DNA of 63,936 nt, the filler included, from an uncultured Methanosarcinales archaeon (GTDB lineage Archaea; Nanobdellota; Nanobdellia; Woesearchaeales; CAYXTQ01), in assembly GCA_964608065.1 (NCBI GenBank). It is 3 parts of 3 records of this genome, joined end to end, with 100 filler letters (N's around TTAATTAATTAA, not from the genome) between each part and the next. Parts side by side here need not be neighbours in the genome. Positions count along the whole stretch, not along the records: positions 28,732 to 56,371 come from CAZSMA010000007.1; 2 more parts are not named here. The stretch is one strand, 5' to 3'. The notes below the pieces were generated by a model, which saw nothing but the letters and a program-made list of their open reading frames with translations, made no database searches and was not told where the DNA came from. Positions 36,562 to 45,992 of the stretch are shown here, in pieces. The position numbers and the translations under genes are program-made. Within the stretch, counting starts at the first letter, position 1. Each line of letters starts with the position of its first letter.

Positions 36562-37992
36562 TCAATAACTCTTACTAAAATAAACCCAGTGCTTAGCTTC
36601 TTTACTGCATTTCACACATTTTCCTTTTATTTTTTCCTCTTTAAATGGAATACATCTAGAAGTAGCTCCTCCTGTTTTATCTTTAATAATGTCCTCGCAT
36701 TCAATCTCTCCGCAGAACTGGCAGTAAGCTATTTTCCTATCTTTAATAACTTTCATAAACTCATTCCAATCATTAACTTTAACAATACTTGAATCTAAAA
36801 ATTTCTTAGCTTTATTAAACAACGATTCCTGAATATCATCTAATAATTCTTTAATCTTTTTATCCAGATCTTTCTCTTTTACAACTTCTTTTTTACCTGT
36901 ATCTCTTCTTGCTAAAACAACTTGTTTGTTTTCAATGTCTTTAGGCCCAACTTCTAATCTTAAAGGAATTCCTTTTAGTTCATATTCATTGAATTTCCAT
37001 CCAGCACTATACTCATCTCTATCATCTAATTTAACTCTAAAATTCTTTAATTTCTGCTTTAATTCATTTGCCTTTTTCAAAACTTTTTCCTTTGTTTTCT
37101 CAAATATTATTGGGATAATCACAATCTGTGTTGGAGCTGCCATCGGTGGAAGAACTAAACCTTTATCATCAGAATGCTGCATAACAGTTGCTCCTATCAG
37201 TCTGGTTGAAAATCCCCATGAATTCTGCCATGGTGTTTTCTTTTTTTCATCTTTCCTTATATATTCAATTCCAAATACTTTTGCAAAACCCTGTCCTAAA
37301 TTATGAGAAGTTCCGCATTGCAAAGCCTTTCCGTCAGGCATAAATGCTTCAATAGTATAAGTTGCTTTTGCTCCTGCAAACCTTTCTTTAGCAGTTTTTT
37401 CTCCTTTCAGAACAGGAATAGCTAATAATTCTTCACAGACTTTAGTATATTCATCTAAATATGTTAATGCTTCTTTATTACATTCTTCTTCTGTTTCATA
37501 AACACAATGTCCTTCCTGCCATAAGAACTCTCTGCTTCTTAAGAATAATTTTACATCTTTGACTTCCCATCTGACAATATTACACCATTGGTTAATTCTT
37601 AAAGGCAAGTCTCTCCAGCTTCTTATCCAGTTTGCATAAGAATCATACATTATTGTTTCAGATGTTGGCCTTAAAGCCAATCTTTCCTGTTTTTCATCTT
37701 TGTTTTCAATCCATGCTACTTCTGGTTCAAAACCTTTAGCATGCTCTTTTTCTTTGTGAAAGAACTTTTCTGGAATAAATAATGGAAAATAAGCATTCTC
37801 TACTTTTAATAGTTTTAATCTATCATTGAAAAAATCCTGTATAGACTGCCATATAGCATATCCATATGGCCTTATTATCATACATCCTCTAACAGGAGCA
37901 TAATCTGCTAGTTCTGACTTTAGAATTACTTGTGAATACCATTCCGGCATATCTTTTTCCTTTTTTACAGTTATTCCTTTAGTTTTTTCCAT
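36562..37992 (-). CDS. proS: Proline--tRNA ligase (archaeal/eukaryotic type)
   Basis: LRPTSET, REFLWQEGH, GTSHNLGQ, SWGFSTR, C-terminal Zn motif and SKSY. Confidence 0.97.
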   Translation of the reverse strand: MEKTKGITVKKEKDMPEWYSQVILKSELADYAPVRGCMIIRPYGYAIWQSIQDFFNDRLKLLKVENAYFPLFIPEKFFHKEKEHAKGFEPEVAWIENKDEKQERLALRPTSETIMYDSYANWIRSWRDLPLRINQWCNIVRWEVKDVKLFLRSREFLWQEGHCVYETEEECNKEALTYLDEYTKVCEELLAIPVLKGEKTAKERFAGAKATYTIEAFMPDGKALQCGTSHNLGQGFAKVFGIEYIRKDEKKKTPWQNSWGFSTRLIGATVMQHSDDKGLVLPPMAAPTQIVIIPIIFEKTKEKVLKKANELKQKLKNFRVKLDDRDEYSAGWKFNEYELKGIPLRLEVGPKDIENKQVVLARRDTGKKEVVKEKDLDKKIKELLDDIQESLFNKAKKFLDSSIVKVNDWNEFMKVIKDRKIAYCQFCGEIECEDIIKDKTGGATSRCIPFKEEKIKGKCVKCSKEAKHWVYFSKSY

Positions 37993-38118
37993 AATAGAAC
38001 TAGATTTTGATTATTGTTTATAAATTTTGCTTAAAAATAACAAACATACTTTTTATTACCATTCCAAAATAGAAACAATTAAATAATTCATTCATTTCCA
38101 GCTATATTGGTGGTTATA

Positions 38119-38376
38119 ATGAAAATAAAAATGAAAACATCTAATGGTGTTGCAAGGATCGAGGACGACAGCACTATAAAAGAAATATTAATCAATGAAG
38201 ATATAATACATCCTGAAAAAGAAAACATTGCAATATGTTTTTCAGATAAAAACAGTTCTGGAATAGTAGAAATCTCACCAGCAGAGTTTGAGAAGATCTA
38301 CGAAAAAATAAAAAGCAGAATCCATTTAATAAAAGGATTCAGAAGATTAAGTGGCGGCGGAGTTATAAAGCTCTAA
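38119..38376 (+). CDS. Hypothetical protein
   Basis: Short ORF with GGTGG SD and upstream TATA. Confidence 0.7.
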   Translation: MKIKMKTSNGVARIEDDSTIKEILINEDIIHPEKENIAICFSDKNSSGIVEISPAEFEKIYEKIKSRIHLIKGFRRLSGGGVIKL

Positions 38377-38387
38377 AATAAAATATT

Positions 38388-41300
38388 TTATATCTTCCAA
38401 TCCTGATTTTCACCTGATTTTAACCAATAACCTTTTCCTTCACTCATATTATCTAAATTATTAAAAGAACCATTAGTGTCATAAACTAACCATTTATCTT
38501 CATCAGTGTAATATGTGAAAACCTTGGTTGGTGTTGTTAAATCACTAATAGCTTCTGGAAGATTACCTATTGACATATTATAACCAATTAAATTCCAACC
38601 TGTCTTTAACGGAACCGTATAATCTTTTACAACAGTTCCTTCTACAGTTAATGTTTGATCTATTTCAGATTTTAACCAATAAGCATTTCCATAATCCATA
38701 GTGTGTAAAGTATTCAACCATATTTTATTACTATCATAAACATACCATGTATTGTTTGAAGTATTATAGTACCATACAACAACCTGCCCTGATAAACCAT
38801 TGGTTATATTTTCAATTGAAGAGTTTAGTGGTTGTATAGGTAAGCTGATTAGGTTTTGGCCTTGGAATAAGTTTATGTTATAATCATTAAAGCATAAAGG
38901 GGAATTATATTCTATTTCATAAGCACAACCCTCAGTAGTAACCTCTTGACCATTAGATGTATAAGGTTCAGTTGGTTCTGGGTTTAGTATTGCATTTTGT
39001 GTATCTGAATCACCTGTAGAGTATCTTCTTGCGTAAGTTATTGTATTACTAAAACAAACACCTATATCATCTCCATCCTGAACTATAGGGTAATTATCAG
39101 AAGTCCTGCTAATTTCTTGTATTGGATCTTCACAAGCACTAATTATTGCTCCGTTTGTTTTTCCATAACCCTCTAACGCACCATTTCCATCCAAATCAAG
39201 GGCTATCCAAGCACCTAAGTTATCTGTTGTTACTCCGTTTTTATAATTATAGCCATTTCCCTGTACAACATTAGTCCTAAATATAACCTTGGGTTCACAT
39301 GAAGGATTATAATACAGTATCCCCTTACTACAATATTCTGCACAAACAACACTGCCACATGTTATTGACGGCCATTCATCAATTTCACCATCACAGTCAT
39401 CATCAATACCGTTATAGTAATCTTCTTCTTGACCAGAGTTTACATTTACATTACTATCATCACAATCAATGTCAGAATTGTAACCATCATTATCATAGTC
39501 ATTAGGATATTGATCGCAAACATCACCTAGACCATCTCCATCTGAATCTATTTGATCAGGATTAGAATCATAAACACAATTATCTTCCGAATCTCTAATT
39601 CCATCTAAATCCATATCACTAAACATAGAAATTTTATTTGCAGAATGTCTAGCATCTCCATGGAAATAATTCTTCTTCCCAGTAGGAGAAAGCACCGCTA
39701 TCCTATTACCAAGCGCATCATAAGTATAATTCTTCTGTTTATTTCCAGAATAAACTAATCTATCTAACTTATCATAATTAAGATTAGCATTAACACCATT
39801 TACACTATCAACAATACTTATTATGTTTCCTTTATTATCATAATTATAATCTAAATCTTGTTCATTGCTTGTTTTTATTTCACTAATCCTACTCATCAAA
39901 GGATCATAAGTATAATCAGATCTTAAACTATTTTGATAAAATAATTGAGTTGGCTTACTAAATTGATTATAATTTATATCATTCAATAAATTTGAAACAG
40001 AACCAATTAATCCTTGTGTAGTATATTGATAAGAAACAACTGAGTTGTCTGGAATTTTTTCATCTGTGATTCTATCCATAGCATCATATGTCCACTCAAT
40101 TGTAAATGTTTTTCCGTCTATACTAAAATCTTCCTTGGTTTTTCTAAGTCTATCATCATAGTTGTAATCAATTGCGATTCCAGGTGCAGTTATTTTTGTT
40201 AATGTTCCTTTAACACCATCATAATAATAGTAAATAACTTGTTGAGTGCTGCTTTTACTTTTTATTCTATTTAATTCATCATACTGTATTGAAACAACAT
40301 CCCCTTTACTGCTAGTTTGCGAGATTAAGTTATTGTTTTTATCATATGAATATTGCCATGTTCCTAAATCTGAATCTATCTCACTAAGCTTTCTGCTAAG
40401 TGTATCGTAAGTGTATTCTATAGTGTTACCGTAAGGATCATTTATCTGGATGATATTTCCTAAAGCATCATAAGTGTATTTAGTTTCAAAGTAGTTAGTT
40501 TTCAAGTATTCAACGATTTTGACAATCTGATCAAAAGCATCAACAAAAAATACTTTTTTATTGTTGTTCTCATCATAAACTGTGATTTTCCAATGGTCAA
40601 AATCAATAATCCTATCTGTATTGTCAGGATTAATTACTTCAATTATTCTTGATAAAGCATCATAGTTATATTTAGTGTTGCTTACAGATTGACTTGGATT
40701 TGCATATCCAGAACTGGCTGAAACAAAGTAAGGGTTGCTTTGCCTAATTAACCTATCTAAATCATCATAGTAAAAGTCAACTTCTATTTGTTGTGAGTCT
40801 TCTGCTTCGTTTTTTATTTGAATTAGATTTCCAAAACCCTCATAATAATAATACGAGTCAAAAGTATTTGAATTTCCGCTTGCTTCCCTCTGAGAAATTT
40901 TTATATTTTCAGGAGGATTTCCATCAATTGAATAAGTATATTCTTTAGTAGGGTATGATATACTATCATAAGGTAAAATTTCTTTTTTTATCCTACCAAA
41001 AACATCATAAGTGTACTCTATTAAGTTACCATTAGCATCAGTTTCTGATATTAAATTACCTGTTCCCAAATAATATCTGTAGTTGAAAATATGGTTTTTT
41101 GGGTTAGTTGTTCTTTCATTAAAAGTATAAGTTATGTCAGTAATACAATAATTATACTGTATAACATATCCTTCTGGATATGTTTCTTCAATTAAATTTC
41201 CATATGCATCATAATCATATTGATAAACCGGATTAGAGCCTATATTTAACCAATGCTCTTCCCATGTTAAGTCCCCTTTTGTAGGTGGGGAACCATATGC

Positions 41301-43952
41301 AAGATTATCATATCTATAAAAAATTTCTTTCTTTTTTGTTGAACTAGCATCGTATAAAGAATATGTTTTTGGTTTATCTACAATCCAACTATTTGAATTA
41401 TAAACATACTGCCATTGTTCATATATTTCATCACCGCTTACACTACTATCTCCTAGGTCATTTACAGATATTACATTTCCATAATTATCGTAGCTGTACT
41501 CTTTCCTTGTACTTTTAGGGTCTGTGTTATAACCATCATACAAATAATAATCTTCAGAAGAGAGTTCTACTATACTGTAACCATTGGAAGTTGAACTTAT
41601 CCAAGTTGATTCAGTTTTTTCAAATGGGTTTGAACTCGAATCAAATAGCTCTGTTTTAAATTCCTTACCTTTTTTACCATCATCTTGGTAAAACCAATGA
41701 TTAACTAAAGATATATCTGACAATATCTCTTGAACAAAATTAAAACCTCTAAATTCTTTATCATCATAGTCGTATAATCCTTTGAAGTAGTTATAATTAG
41801 TATCTCCAATTATATTATGAGAGCCAGGCATGTTGTTATTATCAGTTGTTGTATCTACCAGCCACATATTAAAGCCAATTTGAGAGACCCCGTCATCATC
41901 TGAATTATCCAAATCAGTTGATTTTTCATAATTTATTGTAGTCTTGCCTCCAAATTCATTTGTAATTGATTTTAATAGGTAAGCTTTTGAAGCTTTATTA
42001 ATCCAAGTTGTTCTTATACTAGAAGTTTTAGCTCTTATTAAATCAGGCAAACCATCACCATTAACATCAGCTACTCTAACACCTTTGTTATCTCCATCAT
42101 CTGCTGTTACAAAATCAGCTAATTCTGGAATTTCCCAATCTGTATCTTCACCCCATCCTTGTCCGTTGTTAATCCATGTTCTTTGGTCACTCCCTTCTCC
42201 TTTCAAAATATCAACTAATCCATCTCCATTGACGTCTGCTAATCTAACGCCTTCATCCTCACCTGCTACTACAAAAATTGCAGATAATGGAATAGCATAA
42301 GTATTATCTAGTACCCAACCACTGCCTGTGTTAATCCATGTATTTCTGTTTTCTCCATTAATAAGGTCTGGTAATCCATCACCGTTCAAATCAGCTACTC
42401 TTCCTCCTTCATCTTTAGGGTTTGTGTTAGAACTTACAAATTCAACATCTAAAGGAGGAGTATACGAACTATCATCCATCCATCCACTGCCAGTATTAAT
42501 CATTGCATCTTGATCACCACTTACACTTTTCAAAATATCAATTAACCCATCACTGTTAAAATCAACTAGTCTGACTCCTTTATCATAATTCCCATCATCA
42601 ACGTCAATAATCTGCTTTGCCATTGGAAGGTTCCATGAACTATCGTCTTGACTCCATGCAACACCATCACTAGTATAAGCATCTCTATCTGCTGTTAAAG
42701 GGCCGTCTGCCTTTAAAATATCAACAAAACCATCACCATTCAAATCAACAAACCTAGTTCCAGCGTCATCATTATCCAAATCTACAGTTTTACAAGGCAA
42801 GTTCCAGGAATTGTCTAATGTCCACCCATTACCATTATTGGTCCATGCTTTTCTATTATAATTATCTGATTTTGAGATATCTAAAAGCCCATCCCTATTA
42901 AAGTCTACAAACCTTACCCCATAATCCCTTGTACCACCAAAATACGCGTCAGATGGTATAACCCATGTTGAGTCTTCAGTCCATCCTTTTGATACATCAT
43001 TATATTCAAAATTAGTTGAAGGCAGAGTTGAAGTTCCATCAGTTCCATAAATTGTAATTGATGAAAGAAAACTTTTTGTGTTTGTGTCTAAAGTAATATA
43101 ATTAAGAACGTATTTTCTTACTAAGTTATTATTTGCTTTAATCTGAATTTCTTTTATTCTTCTAGCTTCTCTTATTTTATTTCCTTGCTCATAAACTAAC
43201 CATTTATCTGGTCTGTCTGAACCTTCAAGGATAAATTCTATTACTCTACTTTTTTCATTGTTATATTCTATTTTATAAGGATATGATGTACCTATATCAT
43301 TTGCATTAGGATCTTCCCTATAACTATAATAAATTTCATTATTGTGTGTGTCCTTTATTAGATCTAAACTCCATCTTGTTGCATAGTTATGAAGATTTGA
43401 GACTAATTCTGAATCTTGATTATAACCAAATCTATATTGAATTCCATCTTTAGTTTTAACAATCCAATATTCGTTTAGTTGGTTGTTTCCTCCAGATATT
43501 TTTGTGATGTGCAAATAAGATTCAATTTTAGTATGATACTTATTTTCAGATGGAACATAAACTAGCTCATATGATTGACCATTTAATACTAATCTTAATT
43601 TATCATCAGATGTATCTGCAAAAGAATAATCAACATCTCTCCAAATATAATTTTGTGTTAAATCCCAAGCAGTTCCTAAAATAGAAGGCCTTTGCTTTGT
43701 TAAATGACTGTTATAGTTTAAAGACAAGTAAGGTTGTAAACTGTTCCTACCAGGAGGAACTTCTATGTCAAAAGTATAAGTAGCAGCCCCAGGCCATAGT
43801 TCTGTTTGATAACTACCATGTAGATTTAGCTCAGGATGTTCTGGAACCTTAGGATTATGTATATAAGGCCTGTAGTTGTTTGTCGCATAAGTAAAACTAG
43901 CTAGATAAATGAAAATTATAATCCATATTCCGATTAGTTTTGTTTTTTTCAC
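38388..43952 (-). CDS. Secreted TcB-like Rhs shell protein: SpvB-like N-terminus, FG-GAP repeats, YD repeats, TSP3/Ca-binding and Cys-rich C-terminal domains; no Rhs core
   Basis: Signal peptide; PPGRNSLQPYLSLNYNS; repeated D(F/L/V)NGDGLxD; EFRGF; YDxxGN repeats; DxDxDGxxDxxDNC; NGIDDDCDGEIDE; GWNLIG. Confidence 0.9.
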   Translation of the reverse strand: MKKTKLIGIWIIIFIYLASFTYATNNYRPYIHNPKVPEHPELNLHGSYQTELWPGAATYTFDIEVPPGRNSLQPYLSLNYNSHLTKQRPSILGTAWDLTQNYIWRDVDYSFADTSDDKLRLVLNGQSYELVYVPSENKYHTKIESYLHITKISGGNNQLNEYWIVKTKDGIQYRFGYNQDSELVSNLHNYATRWSLDLIKDTHNNEIYYSYREDPNANDIGTSYPYKIEYNNEKSRVIEFILEGSDRPDKWLVYEQGNKIREARRIKEIQIKANNNLVRKYVLNYITLDTNTKSFLSSITIYGTDGTSTLPSTNFEYNDVSKGWTEDSTWVIPSDAYFGGTRDYGVRFVDFNRDGLLDISKSDNYNRKAWTNNGNGWTLDNSWNLPCKTVDLDNDDAGTRFVDLNGDGFVDILKADGPLTADRDAYTSDGVAWSQDDSSWNLPMAKQIIDVDDGNYDKGVRLVDFNSDGLIDILKSVSGDQDAMINTGSGWMDDSSYTPPLDVEFVSSNTNPKDEGGRVADLNGDGLPDLINGENRNTWINTGSGWVLDNTYAIPLSAIFVVAGEDEGVRLADVNGDGLVDILKGEGSDQRTWINNGQGWGEDTDWEIPELADFVTADDGDNKGVRVADVNGDGLPDLIRAKTSSIRTTWINKASKAYLLKSITNEFGGKTTINYEKSTDLDNSDDDGVSQIGFNMWLVDTTTDNNNMPGSHNIIGDTNYNYFKGLYDYDDKEFRGFNFVQEILSDISLVNHWFYQDDGKKGKEFKTELFDSSSNPFEKTESTWISSTSNGYSIVELSSEDYYLYDGYNTDPKSTRKEYSYDNYGNVISVNDLGDSSVSGDEIYEQWQYVYNSNSWIVDKPKTYSLYDASSTKKKEIFYRYDNLAYGSPPTKGDLTWEEHWLNIGSNPVYQYDYDAYGNLIEETYPEGYVIQYNYCITDITYTFNERTTNPKNHIFNYRYYLGTGNLISETDANGNLIEYTYDVFGRIKKEILPYDSISYPTKEYTYSIDGNPPENIKISQREASGNSNTFDSYYYYEGFGNLIQIKNEAEDSQQIEVDFYYDDLDRLIRQSNPYFVSASSGYANPSQSVSNTKYNYDALSRIIEVINPDNTDRIIDFDHWKITVYDENNNKKVFFVDAFDQIVKIVEYLKTNYFETKYTYDALGNIIQINDPYGNTIEYTYDTLSRKLSEIDSDLGTWQYSYDKNNNLISQTSSKGDVVSIQYDELNRIKSKSSTQQVIYYYYDGVKGTLTKITAPGIAIDYNYDDRLRKTKEDFSIDGKTFTIEWTYDAMDRITDEKIPDNSVVSYQYTTQGLIGSVSNLLNDINYNQFSKPTQLFYQNSLRSDYTYDPLMSRISEIKTSNEQDLDYNYDNKGNIISIVDSVNGVNANLNYDKLDRLVYSGNKQKNYTYDALGNRIAVLSPTGKKNYFHGDARHSANKISMFSDMDLDGIRDSEDNCVYDSNPDQIDSDGDGLGDVCDQYPNDYDNDGYNSDIDCDDSNVNVNSGQEEDYYNGIDDDCDGEIDEWPSITCGSVVCAEYCSKGILYYNPSCEPKVIFRTNVVQGNGYNYKNGVTTDNLGAWIALDLDGNGALEGYGKTNGAIISACEDPIQEISRTSDNYPIVQDGDDIGVCFSNTITYARRYSTGDSDTQNAILNPEPTEPYTSNGQEVTTEGCAYEIEYNSPLCFNDYNINLFQGQNLISLPIQPLNSSIENITNGLSGQVVVWYYNTSNNTWYVYDSNKIWLNTLHTMDYGNAYWLKSEIDQTLTVEGTVVKDYTVPLKTGWNLIGYNMSIGNLPEAISDLTTPTKVFTYYTDEDKWLVYDTNGSFNNLDNMSEGKGYWLKSGENQDWKI

Positions 43953-43972
43953 TTTGTTTTATTTTTTTAATA

Positions 43973-44380
43973 TTATATAGTACTATTTTTTTTAGATTGA
44001 TTAATGTAATCTTCAACTGCTTCGTTAAACCTTTTTTTGTTAAAATCTTCAATACCATCAAGATTTTCTGGAATTTTTCTCTCTCTTAAAAAATCTTGAA
44101 TTTTTTTCATTTCAAGATGAATTTCCCACTTTTGATTCTTTTTATATATCTCGTAATCCTTTAAAAAATTAGGAGTAACAACTATCTCATCATCTGAAAA
44201 TTTAACATACCCTATTGATAATAATTTTTTCAAAGCAATATTAAATTCTTGATAGGTCATTATTGCATGATTTATATAATCACAAAAAAAAATTATGTCA
44301 TTAAGTGTATGTTTCTCACTATAGTAAATTGCTTGTAATACCCACGCATCTTGCCAACAAATTTTTTCAGTTTTTTTCAT
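43973..44380 (-). CDS. Hypothetical protein, putative immunity protein
   Basis: Small ORF in the toxin cassette array; DYINHAIMTYQE. Confidence 0.6.
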   Translation of the reverse strand: MKKTEKICWQDAWVLQAIYYSEKHTLNDIIFFCDYINHAIMTYQEFNIALKKLLSIGYVKFSDDEIVVTPNFLKDYEIYKKNQKWEIHLEMKKIQDFLRERKIPENLDGIEDFNKKRFNEAVEDYINQSKKNSTI

Positions 44381-44403
44381 TTTGATTTTTCTTTCTCAAT
44401 AAC

Positions 44404-44877
44404 CTATTTATTTTTAGAGTTTGAACGTTCTTTTTGAATTTGATCCACCTTGTTCAATATTGAAAAATCCCCACCGATAACCTCTATACAGCCTTGTTTA
44501 ATTGCATCTGCATAATTTAATAGAATCTTTTTAATTTGAGAATCGTCTTCCAAGAGGATATCCAGTGGAGGATTATACATTTTAAAGGCAGGATTTTTAA
44601 TTAAAACTATATCACCTACTTCGTATTTTGATGATATTAATTCTGATTTCTTAAACTCAATTAACTTAAAAAGATAAATGAAAATTCCTCCATCTCTCGG
44701 TATATAAGAAATTTTAAGTAATACAAATTGATTCTGATATATCAATGTAGTTCCATAAATATCATTTTTGACATCTTTAATTTTAAATCCATGTTCTAAC
44801 TCTAAAAATTTAAAAATTTTTTTACAAGAAGATATAAAAAAATCTTCTGAACTTTGTTTTTTTGTTTTTTTATTCAT
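44404..44877 (-). CDS. Putative immunity protein for the 44874-45653 toxin
   Basis: Overlaps toxin stop (ATGA); FKFLELEHGF pattern common in immunity proteins. Confidence 0.6.
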   Translation of the reverse strand: MNKKTKKQSSEDFFISSCKKIFKFLELEHGFKIKDVKNDIYGTTLIYQNQFVLLKISYIPRDGGIFIYLFKLIEFKKSELISSKYEVGDIVLIKNPAFKMYNPPLDILLEDDSQIKKILLNYADAIKQGCIEVIGGDFSILNKVDQIQKERSNSKNK

Positions 44878-45653
44878 TTTTTTGGTAACCTCTTATAATT
44901 TATATCTTTTCCAGATTTAATCCATTCATCTATTACTTCTTTTTCTGCTTGGTAAAATGGGCCTCTTCCTTTTCCGATCGGTCTACTTGGATCAATCCCA
45001 TAATCAATAATTTCATAACCTTCATTAAGTTTATTTTTCAACCATTTTTTATTGTTATCAATTGATTTGTCTAAACCTATATCTTTAACTTTATTTTTTG
45101 GTTTATACCATTTTGCTCCAATCTCTTTTGCTTTTTTAATAATCCTATCTGTTGTCTCACCAATAATTATTCTTTTCTTTTTGATTTTACCTATAACTTT
45201 CCCAGCTTTCTTAGCAATCTTACCCTCAGGAACACCGGGAGTTGAAAGATCCCATATACCCATGCCTACCCAAAACAAGTTTCCAGCACTTGGGTCTTCG
45301 AATCCAGTTTGAATATCATTAATAGATTGATCTGCAAAATATGCACTAACATAAGGCATCCAATAAGGTGAGGTTGTTGCTGCTAGAGTAACTGCACCAA
45401 CACACAATCCCCCACATATAATATTCCCACTAGGATCAGTATAAGTATAAGGATTATTTCTCTCAAAAGCATATCTATTTAATAACTGTGGATCATAAAT
45501 ATTCTGAATTATTGAATCAGGCTGAATGAAAGCAAGTAAATTTTTAGGAGTATGGATATCAAAGTTTAGATTAATTGCAAAAACATTTGGAAATATAATT
45601 AATGAAATTAATAGAATACTTAAAGTTCTGTTTAGGTATTTATTCATCTTCAT
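44874..45653 (-). CDS. Signal peptide fused to truncated Rhs core and C-terminal toxin domain
   Basis: Signal peptide, FIQPD..DPQLLNRYAFERNNPYTYTDPSG, then a CT with IGETTDRI..NKKWL..GYEIIDYG..FYQAE. Confidence 0.8.
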   Translation of the reverse strand: MKMNKYLNRTLSILLISLIIFPNVFAINLNFDIHTPKNLLAFIQPDSIIQNIYDPQLLNRYAFERNNPYTYTDPSGNIICGGLCVGAVTLAATTSPYWMPYVSAYFADQSINDIQTGFEDPSAGNLFWVGMGIWDLSTPGVPEGKIAKKAGKVIGKIKKKRIIIGETTDRIIKKAKEIGAKWYKPKNKVKDIGLDKSIDNNKKWLKNKLNEGYEIIDYGIDPSRPIGKGRGPFYQAEKEVIDEWIKSGKDINYKRLPKK

Positions 45654-45985
45654 ATTTTAACAATCTCATGTAAAATATTAATCATTTTTTTTGCAAAAAA
45701 TTCTAATTCTTTCTTTGCTTTTTCTTCTTCTTCTGTTTTAGGAATTATTTTATTTACTAAAGAACTGAGCTTGGTTTCAGTCAAGTCCAAATATCTTTTG
45801 ATATTTTTTAATTCTTCATCCGATAATTTGTTCTGCAGAAAAAGTCTTTCCCATTTAAGGTAGTCTAATGAAAAATCCATTCTTACAAAATCTTCTGCCT
45901 CATCTATTTCTTTACTTAATTCAGTCATAGGGGGTTTATATTCCTTGAATTCTTTAATCATTTTTTTTATTTTTTCTTCATCCAT
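45650..45985 (-). CDS. Putative immunity protein for the 45993-48566 toxin
   Basis: GAGGTGA SD overlapping toxin stop; small charged helical ORF. Confidence 0.6.
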   Translation of the reverse strand: MDEEKIKKMIKEFKEYKPPMTELSKEIDEAEDFVRMDFSLDYLKWERLFLQNKLSDEELKNIKRYLDLTETKLSSLVNKIIPKTEEEEKAKKELEFFAKKMINILHEIVKI

Positions 45986-45992
45986 TTTTAAA

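Noticed and set aside
42000..42920. Repeated sequence units suggesting a CRISPR array or DNA repeat
   Set aside because: They are FG-GAP protein repeats within the Rhs shell gene; no CRISPR array or cas gene was seen in the window
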